64,000 bases of DNA from a bacterium (GTDB lineage: Bacteria > Actinomycetota > Acidimicrobiia > Acidimicrobiales > Bin134): the NCBI GenBank assembly GCA_026705465.1, contig JAPPAP010000032.1, positions 2,693-66,692 of the forward strand, in the 5' to 3' direction. A program made the translations under genes and the position numbers. How positions within the stretch are numbered: position 1 is the first letter of the stretch; each line of letters begins with the position of its first letter. This document shows positions 9,010 to 16,687 of the stretch, one piece after another. Under the pieces are notes generated by a model. It saw only the letters and a list, made by a program, of their open reading frames with translations. It was not told the origin of the DNA and made no database searches.

Positions 9010-9750
9010 GTGACCGAGAAGCAACACCAACGCCAAGCTCTTTCCCTGCTGCACACGTCGGACTGCCATCTGGGCACCTCCCCTGCTCGACGGCAGGAGG
9101 CCGCCTTTGCCGCCGCCATGGATCTGGCCATCGCTGAAGGCGTGGATGCGGTGATCATCTCCGGCGACCTCTTCGACCACAATCGGGTGGGCGACGACGT
9201 GCTGAGCTGGGCTGCTTCCCAACTAGCTCGACTGTCGTGCCCGGTCGTGATGATCGCGGGCAACCACGACGCCCACCCCGAGACGTCTGTGCTGCACCGG
9301 TTTGGCCTCCACATCGAGGAGCTCCCGATCACCATCCTCGACTCCTTGGAGGGGACCACCACCCATCTTCCCGAGTTGGAGCTCACCGTCTGGGGCAAGT
9401 CGATGGACGACCACCACCCCGGCTTCCATCCTCTCGACGGCCTCCCGGACCGCCCAGATAGTGGCTGGTGCATAGCCATGGGCCATGGCCTCGTCATGCC
9501 CGACGAGACTCCGTCGTACCGCTCGTCTCCCATCTATCCCAGCCATCTCGACGCCCTCGACTGGGACTACGTCGCCTTAGGTCACATCCACCGCCACATG
9601 GTGATCCGCGAATCGCCCTCGATGGTCGCCTACTCCGGTGCCACCGCCGAGTCTTTGGAAGGCGAGCCCGCCGTGCTGCTCGTGGCCCTCGACCCCGACA
9701 CCGGCGTCTCGTTGAATCTGCGCGAGTTGACGCCCAGTCCCGTCGCTTAG
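9010..9750 (+). CDS. Metallophosphoesterase (calcineurin-like, SbcD/Mre11-type motifs)
   Basis: Shows the motifs HTSDCHLG, GDLFDH, AGNHD, GHG and GHIH in the canonical order. The start is a GTG. Confidence 0.8.
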   Translation: MTEKQHQRQALSLLHTSDCHLGTSPARRQEAAFAAAMDLAIAEGVDAVIISGDLFDHNRVGDDVLSWAASQLARLSCPVVMIAGNHDAHPETSVLHRFGLHIEELPITILDSLEGTTTHLPELELTVWGKSMDDHHPGFHPLDGLPDRPDSGWCIAMGHGLVMPDETPSYRSSPIYPSHLDALDWDYVALGHIHRHMVIRESPSMVAYSGATAESLEGEPAVLLVALDPDTGVSLNLRELTPSPVA

Positions 9751-10625
9751 GGCTTGCCGACGCCGGGGACGGTGGCGTCGACGGCGTAGATGGAACCGGT
9801 CTTGGCCGCGGTCACCACTTCTCTCTTCCAGTCGTCGGCGGCGCATATAAGCAGGGTGCGGCGGTCGTCCCCCCCTAACACGCAGGCCACCGGCACTTTG
9901 GGCGCCATGTCGTAGGAGTCGGTCACCTCGCCGCCGGGCAACACCCGGAACACCCGCAGGCCCAGGGGATCGGCCACCCAGACTGCGCCCTCGGCGTCCA
10001 GGCAGATGCCATCGGGCGGGGCCACCGGCAGCTTGTCGGACTCGGGCACCAACTCGGCATAGACCCGGCGGTTGGACAGAGTGCCGTCGGGCGCCACGTC
10101 GAAGGCAGTGAGGCGGGAGGCGGCGCTCTCGGCCACGATCAGCGTGGTCTCGTCGGGGGTCAAGATGTGGCCGTTGGGGGCCTCCATTTCTGGCGCGCCC
10201 ACGCTCACCGATCCGTCGGGGGTCACCCTGAAGGTCTGGCCGGTGAACCGATCGCCCCCGGCGTGGATCCTCTGGCCCATATCGCCGATGTAGGCGGTAC
10301 CGTCGGAGCGCACGATCATGTCGTTGATGTCGCCGATGGCCAGCGGCGACAGGTCGGCGTGCTCCACCATGGACCCATCGGGCTCTTGGCGCAGCAGCTT
10401 CTGGGTGGACATGGCCACCACCAGCAGCCGGCCGTCGGGCAGCCATCCCAGCCCGGAGGGGTCGTCCCAGTCGACCACTGCCACCGTCTCGGCGTTGCCC
10501 TCCATGTCGGTGCGAACCACCCGGTGGGCGTGCATGTCGGAAAACCACAAAGCTCCGTCACGCCACCGGGGCCCTTCGGAGAAATTGAGCCCGTCCAAGA
10601 TCGTGCGCATCTGTTGCCTCCTCAT
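9747..10625 (-). CDS. SMP-30/gluconolactonase/LRE-like beta-propeller protein
   Basis: 292-aa ORF. FSEGPRWRDGALWFSD and the repeated DG..Y..D propeller-type segments fit this family. The start could be the second Met at about 10610. Confidence 0.75.
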   Translation of the reverse strand: MRRQQMRTILDGLNFSEGPRWRDGALWFSDMHAHRVVRTDMEGNAETVAVVDWDDPSGLGWLPDGRLLVVAMSTQKLLRQEPDGSMVEHADLSPLAIGDINDMIVRSDGTAYIGDMGQRIHAGGDRFTGQTFRVTPDGSVSVGAPEMEAPNGHILTPDETTLIVAESAASRLTAFDVAPDGTLSNRRVYAELVPESDKLPVAPPDGICLDAEGAVWVADPLGLRVFRVLPGGEVTDSYDMAPKVPVACVLGGDDRRTLLICAADDWKREVVTAAKTGSIYAVDATVPGVGKP

Positions 10626-10660
10626 CGCCTTGCTTGCAGACGAGATGGCACAATAGCCCC

Positions 10661-11587
10661 ATGAGCGTGACCCTCACCCCCGGCATCGACGCGGAAGAGT
10701 CCTACGAGACCATCCAGGTGTCCCGAATCGGCGGGTCATTGGGAGCGGTGATCTCCGGGGTGGACCCCCGCGACGACCTCACCGATCAGCAGTTCGCCGA
10801 GATTCACGAGGCACTACTCCGCCACGAGGTGATTTTCTTCCGCAACGTGCCCATGAGCGCCGAGGCCCAGCTGGAGCTGGCTTCCCGCTGGGGTCAGCCC
10901 AGCATCTACCCACTACAGGCCCTCATGGGAGTCACTGAGCCGAACACCTCGGTCATTCGCGACGACGCCGACAGCCTGCCGACCACCGACAACTGGCACA
11001 CCGACGTGACCTGGATCGAGATGCCCCCGAAGGTCGCCCTGCTCCAAGCTCTGGTGGCGCCTCCCTACGGCGGCGACACCATGTGGTGCAGCATCACCTC
11101 GGCCTACGACGCTCTGTCGGAGCCGATGCGATCCGTGATCGATGGTTTGGAGCTCCACCACTCCAACTATCCCCAGTACTGCACCAATATGGCCGAGAAA
11201 TCAGGAAGCTGGGAATTGGTGCCCTTGCTGCGAGAGGCATACCCCGGCGTGAACCACCCGCTGGTGCGCACCCACCCCGAGACCGGGCGGCGGGCGCTGT
11301 ATGTGGCCACCAACTTCCAGCAATACGTGGTGGGGCTGTCCGAGAATGAGAGTGCGGCCCTGCTCGACTTCTTAATGCGCCACATCGAGCAGCCCCGCTT
11401 CCACTGCCGTTGGTCGTGGACTGAGGGCGATCTGGCCATCTGGGACGAGCGGACAACCAACCATCGGGGCGTGTCCGATCACTATCCCGAGGTCCGGGAA
11501 GTGCGCCGCTGCACCGTGGACGGCGACCGCCCTTACTTCGACCCCTCGGTGCCCTACCAGCCCAAGGCTGTTTACCAGCCCCAGTAG
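10661..11587 (+). CDS. TauD/TfdA family Fe(II)/2-oxoglutarate dioxygenase
   Basis: NWHTDVTW supplies the HxD of the facial triad. GGDTMW and a distal His are also present. I chose the ATG at 10661 over the track's TTG at 10634. Confidence 0.85.
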   Translation: MSVTLTPGIDAEESYETIQVSRIGGSLGAVISGVDPRDDLTDQQFAEIHEALLRHEVIFFRNVPMSAEAQLELASRWGQPSIYPLQALMGVTEPNTSVIRDDADSLPTTDNWHTDVTWIEMPPKVALLQALVAPPYGGDTMWCSITSAYDALSEPMRSVIDGLELHHSNYPQYCTNMAEKSGSWELVPLLREAYPGVNHPLVRTHPETGRRALYVATNFQQYVVGLSENESAALLDFLMRHIEQPRFHCRWSWTEGDLAIWDERTTNHRGVSDHYPEVREVRRCTVDGDRPYFDPSVPYQPKAVYQPQ

Positions 11588-12423
11588 TCGCCCCCGAAGC
11601 GCTCGTCGCGCTCGGCCAACGCCCCCTTCATGCCCTTCTCCCGGGATGTCTCATGGAAGTCGAACTCGTCGGGGCTTCTGCGAGTGCCCATCACGAATAG
11701 GGGATGGACGCCGTAGTGGGGGGTGAATGACTGCCCGATACCCAGAAGGTCGTAGGCCAGATGGGCCACGGTGCGCCCGGTGGCGATGCCGTCTCGGGGC
11801 AGGCTGGCCAGGGCCCCGGTGAGCTGGGCCACCGCCTCGTCGAGCTCATCTGCGGGAACCACTCGGTTGACCAGGCCGAGCCGCTCGGCCTCGGCGGCGT
11901 CGAACTTGCGTCCGGTCACCACCAGCTCGTTAGCCCGCTTCAACCCGATCTGTGAGGCCAGCATGGGATAGAGCCACGAAGTGCCGGCCGAGCCGAACCG
12001 CTCCTCAGGCAGTCCGAACGTCGCATCGTCGGTAACGACCGCGAAATCGCACACCAGCACCAGATACAGCCCGGCGCCGATGCAGGGCCCATGGACTCGG
12101 GCCACGATGGGCTTGGCCGAGTACAGCAAGTCGCGCATGACCCACGCCCGGCGGCGCAGACCGGCGACGGCGAACCTCCCGCCTTTGGTCTCGGCCCCGC
12201 CATAGAAGTCGTCGGGGCTGGACAGGTCGAACCCCGCGGTGAACCCCCGCCCCGCTCCAGCCAACACGATGCATTTCACGTCGTCGTCGGCCTCGGCCTG
12301 GCGGACAAAGGCCACGATCTGGTCGAACATGTCGTCGGTCAGGGCGTTGAACACCTCGGGCCGGTTGAGGGTGATCGACGCCACCGCTCCGTCTGCCACA
12401 TAGGTCACTTGATCTTCAGCCAT
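11572..12423 (-). CDS. Enoyl-CoA hydratase/isomerase (crotonase) family protein
   Basis: ITLNRPEVFNAL, AGAGRGFTAGFDL and HGPCIGAG are typical crotonase segments. Confidence 0.85.
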   Translation of the reverse strand: MAEDQVTYVADGAVASITLNRPEVFNALTDDMFDQIVAFVRQAEADDDVKCIVLAGAGRGFTAGFDLSSPDDFYGGAETKGGRFAVAGLRRRAWVMRDLLYSAKPIVARVHGPCIGAGLYLVLVCDFAVVTDDATFGLPEERFGSAGTSWLYPMLASQIGLKRANELVVTGRKFDAAEAERLGLVNRVVPADELDEAVAQLTGALASLPRDGIATGRTVAHLAYDLLGIGQSFTPHYGVHPLFVMGTRRSPDEFDFHETSREKGMKGALAERDERFGGDYWGW

Positions 12424-12479
12424 ACCCTCTATCCTGCCGGACTGGATTCGGTGTCGCCGCAGAGTACGCCGAGTGAGCC

Positions 12480-13763
12480 GTGTTCCCCCTTATTCTTCTA
12501 ACCGTGAGCAACCCCCCGACCCGGTTGGCCCGGCGGCTGGGCACCGGGGATGCGGTCGTCATCGGCCTTGGTTCGATGATCGGGGCCAGCGTGTTCGCCG
12601 CCATCGGACCGGCCTCAGCCGCGGCCGGTTCAGGCCTGATGATCGGGCTGGCGGCGGCCGGCGTGGTGGCATTCTGCAATGCCACCTCCTCAGCCCAGTT
12701 GGCCGCCCTCTACCCCGCTTCGGGGGGCACCTACGTCTATGGCCGCAAGCAACTGGGGCACCTAGCCGGGTTCAGCGCCGGATGGGGATTCGTCATCGGC
12801 AAGTCGGCCACCCTGTCGGTGACCGCCCTCACTTTTGGGGCGTACACCTTGCCCGAATTCCCTCGACCAGCAGGCATCGCCGCTGTCGTCGCGGCGACTG
12901 CCATCAACCTCCGGGGCATTACCCGCACGGCGGTGGCTACTCGAGTCACGGTCACATTGGTTTTGATTGCCCTTGGGCTGGTGGTGGCTGCGGCGGCTGG
13001 CGGAGGTACCACCAATGCGGACAACCTGGCTGACTGGAGCGTCGGCGGTGCCCGTGGAATCTTGGAGTCTGCTGGCCTGCTGTTCTTTGCCTTCGCTGGC
13101 TATGCCCGCATTGCCACTCTCGGTGAGGAGATCAAGGACCCGGCTCGCACCATCCCCCGAGCCATTCCCACCGCACTCGGCATTGTCCTGGTGGTCTATG
13201 CCGCGGTGTCGGCCGCGGCCTTGTGGGCGGTCGGCCCCGACGTACTGGCTGACGCAGCCGCCCCCTTGGCCGCAGCCACCGACGCCGGATCCTTGAGCGG
13301 GCTTACCCCAGTGGTGCGAGTGGGGGCGGCCATCGCTTCGGCTGGGGCGCTGATGGCCCTCATTGCCGGCGTGGGCCGCACCACATTCGCCATGGCATCC
13401 GAGGGAGACTTGCCTCGGGTACTGGACAGGGTTCATCCGACCCACAAGGTGCCCCACTGCGCCGAGGTCGCGGTGGCTGCGGTCGTGGTGGTGCTGGTGG
13501 CGCTGACCGACTTGCGCACCGTGCTTGGATTCAGTTCGTTCTGCGTCTTGTTCTACTACGCCGTGACGAATGCTTCGGCGTGGACCCTCTCCCCTGTCCA
13601 GCGCCGCTGGCCGCGGGGACTGAGCGGCCTCGGCTTCGTCGGCTGTATAGTACTGGCAATTACCCTCCCCGGGGCCTCCGTAGTCGGCGGTCTCGCCGTT
13701 CTTGCCACGGGAATGATCTTCTGGCGCATTCGCCAATCCATTGATCCACAGTCGTCGGTGTAG
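12480..13763 (+). CDS. APC superfamily amino-acid/polyamine permease
   Basis: 427-aa polytopic membrane ORF. It has GLGSMIGASVF and ALYPASGGTYVY signatures. The exact start is uncertain. Confidence 0.8.
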   Translation: MFPLILLTVSNPPTRLARRLGTGDAVVIGLGSMIGASVFAAIGPASAAAGSGLMIGLAAAGVVAFCNATSSAQLAALYPASGGTYVYGRKQLGHLAGFSAGWGFVIGKSATLSVTALTFGAYTLPEFPRPAGIAAVVAATAINLRGITRTAVATRVTVTLVLIALGLVVAAAAGGGTTNADNLADWSVGGARGILESAGLLFFAFAGYARIATLGEEIKDPARTIPRAIPTALGIVLVVYAAVSAAALWAVGPDVLADAAAPLAAATDAGSLSGLTPVVRVGAAIASAGALMALIAGVGRTTFAMASEGDLPRVLDRVHPTHKVPHCAEVAVAAVVVVLVALTDLRTVLGFSSFCVLFYYAVTNASAWTLSPVQRRWPRGLSGLGFVGCIVLAITLPGASVVGGLAVLATGMIFWRIRQSIDPQSSV

Positions 13764-13782
13764 CTCGCACAAAAGGGAGCAA

Positions 13783-15528
13783 ATGACAGCAACTCATCCA
13801 ACAGGAGTGACGCGAGTAACCACAACTCGGCGGCGGATGGTCGTCGGGTTGTGGGTTGCGACCGCAGTTCTCGCCACTCTGCTCACGGCTACAGGCGCTG
13901 CCGGTGCGCAGACCATCACCTTCAGCGAAATCGAACGGCGCGACCAGCTGATTGCCGCGCAACAGACGCTGATCAACATTTACCGCTGTCGCTTTGAGAT
14001 CGACGACTCGCAGGTTCCCGGCGGATGCTACAACGGCTCGCCTGTTGAACCCGCCAACCAGCCCATCCCCTTCGACGGGATCCCAACCATTGACGAGATC
14101 ACCGAACGCGACCGCCAGATCTCCACAAACAGAAAAATACTCAGCCTCTACCGCTGCGCCTTGAACATCGACGTCCATTTGGTTCCCCGAGGCTGTCGCG
14201 ACCGCTGGCCCGTTCCTCCATCCATGGAGGCCGACCCGCCAACGGCGGAAACCGAGTTGTCGTCCGTTGAGGTGTACGAGCAGATTGGCCCCTCGATTGC
14301 CCTAATCGAGACCCAATCTAAGAAAGGCAGCGGCGTCTTGATCGAAGGGGGTTACATCGTGACCAACCACCACGTTGTGTCCCCTTACGATGAGGCTTGG
14401 GTGGTGTTCCCCGATGGCACCGAGTTGGAAGACGTACCGGTGCTGGCGTGGGACTTCATGGCAGACTTAGCCGTCTTGGGGCCGGTGGATGTGGAATTCT
14501 CGCCGGTGAGACTGGGCCAACACGAGAACCTACCTCCCGGTAGCGAAGTCCTTCTACTGGGCTACCCATCTGAACCCGAACTATTCCCACAGCCCACCAT
14601 CACCAGGGGCATATTGTCTCGTACTCGCCAATGGGACGCCTACAGTCTCACCCTGCTACAGACCGATGCCGCCATAGCCGGTGGGCAGAGCGGTGGTGCT
14701 TTGCTGAATTCCCGAGGAGAAGTAGTTGGTATATCCACATGGAGGTTCAGCGAAGCTGGATTTGCTCTGGCAACATCAGTCGCTGACAATTTGCCAATAA
14801 TTGAAACACTGATTGTGGAGAGTCTCATAAGCCATTATTCGCCATCCCAAAGGAGCAGCCGTAGAGCCCCAAAGGCAGTAGGAGACTTTGCCCATAATGT
14901 TTCGGGGGTTCAAGGTCTTGACAGCCCTGCATTTACTTTCAAAGCGTCCGCAGGTACGAAGGTTTCAGTAGCGCTCAATGGACTTCAAGATGGAGTTTTG
15001 ACCATATCTGATTCTGTCCGAACTATTGCAGTGCAAGACGGCAACGAGACTGGTGTCGAGAGGACAACCTTCGAGACTGTTCGAGATGGAATACACTTCG
15101 TCAGTGTTGGCAGCAAATCGGAAGGCAGGTTTGCATTCGAACTAACAAGTTCTGTTCGACTAGACCCCTACAACGATCCAACAGATGGTACAGCGCTGGC
15201 AGCGGAGACTAACAGAGAATCCTTCTACGGGCATTTCGACCACCCCGGTGATATTGACTGGTACAAGATCGATCTAAGTGAAGATGAGACCATCGAAATA
15301 AACACCAGTGCCATCATCGCGGACACCGCAATTGCGGTGAGGAATCCAGAAACAGGGGACCTAGTAAGGAGCGACGGTACAGATCCGCTAACTGGTTTAG
15401 GTTTTGCTACAAATGCTCAGCTTATATTTACCGCTCCCACTTCGGGAACGTATCACATTTACGTCGAAGAGACATCAAACAGGAGCAGCCAGGGTTACGC
15501 CTTGATCGTTGAGCGTCTTACACAATAG
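13783..15528 (+). CDS. Secreted trypsin-like (S1) serine protease with two C-terminal PPC-like domains
   Basis: RBS AGGGAG lies before the ATG at 13783. The N-terminus has an RRR + hydrophobic signal (TTRRRMVVGLWVATAVLATLL..AGAQ). The catalytic His (VTNHHV), Asp (ADLAVL) and Ser (GGQSGGAL) are present. The C-terminus (DIDWYKIDL..GTYHIYVEE) resembles a pre-peptidase C-terminal domain. Confidence 0.8.
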   Translation: MTATHPTGVTRVTTTRRRMVVGLWVATAVLATLLTATGAAGAQTITFSEIERRDQLIAAQQTLINIYRCRFEIDDSQVPGGCYNGSPVEPANQPIPFDGIPTIDEITERDRQISTNRKILSLYRCALNIDVHLVPRGCRDRWPVPPSMEADPPTAETELSSVEVYEQIGPSIALIETQSKKGSGVLIEGGYIVTNHHVVSPYDEAWVVFPDGTELEDVPVLAWDFMADLAVLGPVDVEFSPVRLGQHENLPPGSEVLLLGYPSEPELFPQPTITRGILSRTRQWDAYSLTLLQTDAAIAGGQSGGALLNSRGEVVGISTWRFSEAGFALATSVADNLPIIETLIVESLISHYSPSQRSSRRAPKAVGDFAHNVSGVQGLDSPAFTFKASAGTKVSVALNGLQDGVLTISDSVRTIAVQDGNETGVERTTFETVRDGIHFVSVGSKSEGRFAFELTSSVRLDPYNDPTDGTALAAETNRESFYGHFDHPGDIDWYKIDLSEDETIEINTSAIIADTAIAVRNPETGDLVRSDGTDPLTGLGFATNAQLIFTAPTSGTYHIYVEETSNRSSQGYALIVERLTQ

Positions 15529-15558
15529 GACGGCCTAATTCAGAAGTCGACGTGCAGC

Positions 15559-16659
15559 TCAGGCCTTACTCAGCAAGTGGGCCACGATCTGATCCTCGAA
15601 GGTGAAGTCCAAGTCGAGGCTCTGGTCGAGGCCCTCTGCCACCATCCAGCGGTACACGTGGTCGACCATGCCAGCCAGGGTGTACTCCGGTTCCCAGCCG
15701 ATGTCGACCCGCAGTCGGTCGACGGAGAACACCACGCTGCGGTTCCAGCGGTGCAGGTTGGGGGCCAGGCGCTGCACGAGCTGGGCCAGCTTGAACCGAC
15801 GTCGCGTGTTGTCGGCATCGGCGCGGGCAGTGTCGGAGCTGCGGATATCGATGTTCACCGGCGAGGCTTTGCCTTCCTCGAACACCAGGGCGCCGTCCCA
15901 TAGGTCGTCCATCACCGGTGCGGGGATGAACACCTTGTCGGCGACGATGCCCAGCACCTCGGCGAAGGTGTCCACATAGCCCACATCTGATTGATAGGTC
16001 CCGCCGGTGAGGTTGTAGCGCTTCCCAAACGTCTGGGGCTGGAGCATCATCATTCGCAGCGCCCGGGCCTGGTCGTCCACATGGCCCACTTGGCCCAGGG
16101 TTGTGCCGTCGCCGGGGACCAGCACTGGGCGACCCCTCAGCAGCCGCAAGACCATCCGCTGCTCCCGGTCGGCCAGAATGTTGCGGGGGCCGAACACCAT
16201 GGAGAACGGCACGATGGTGGCCGGGAATCCCCGGGTGCGCCAAGCGTCGATCAGGATGTCCTCGCACAAGAGCTTGTGCAGGCCGTACTCGTTCTGGTTG
16301 GGGCTCCGGTCATCGGGGTGATCCTCGGTGATGGGCAATATGTCGGTGGGGGCGTAGATCACCGTGGATGAGGCGAAGATGTAGTGGCCGATGCGCCCTT
16401 CGAATACCTCGATCATCAGCTCCACGTCGGCCGGGTGATAGGCGCTCATGTCCTGGACGGCATCGAAGCTCTCACCGCCGAGCACCGACCGCACCTGATC
16501 GTGGTCAGTGCGGTCGGCCACCAGCCGACGGACCGACCGGGGGAAGTCCACCGCAGTGCGCCCCCGGTTCAACACCGTCACCTCGTGACCGTTTCTCACC
16601 AAGTCGTTGACCAAGGCGTAGCCGTTGAACTGGCTCCCGCCCATGACCAAAACCTTCAT
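15559..16659 (-). CDS. NAD-dependent epimerase/dehydratase family protein
   Basis: RBS AAGGAG lies before the ATG at 16659, giving MKVLVMGGSQFNGYALV (Rossmann motif). The track ORF's N-terminal extension overlaps the upstream gene. Confidence 0.8.
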   Translation of the reverse strand: MKVLVMGGSQFNGYALVNDLVRNGHEVTVLNRGRTAVDFPRSVRRLVADRTDHDQVRSVLGGESFDAVQDMSAYHPADVELMIEVFEGRIGHYIFASSTVIYAPTDILPITEDHPDDRSPNQNEYGLHKLLCEDILIDAWRTRGFPATIVPFSMVFGPRNILADREQRMVLRLLRGRPVLVPGDGTTLGQVGHVDDQARALRMMMLQPQTFGKRYNLTGGTYQSDVGYVDTFAEVLGIVADKVFIPAPVMDDLWDGALVFEEGKASPVNIDIRSSDTARADADNTRRRFKLAQLVQRLAPNLHRWNRSVVFSVDRLRVDIGWEPEYTLAGMVDHVYRWMVAEGLDQSLDLDFTFEDQIVAHLLSKA

Positions 16660-16687
16660 ACCTGCTCCTTTGCCTGACGGACTGACT

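Noticed and set aside
8959-9222. Upstream extension of track ORF 8041..9222, which would give a 393-aa SDR.
   Set aside because: The extension is antisense to the metallophosphoesterase gene and lacks SDR homology. The Rossmann motif begins immediately after the internal ATG at 8958.
9010-9750. The SbcD-like metallophosphoesterase (and RmuC at 34194..35612) as part of a defence or nuclease system.
   Set aside because: There is no SbcC-like ATPase, helicase, methyltransferase or other defence-type partner adjacent. Both genes are embedded among metabolic genes, so there is no evidence for a defence island.
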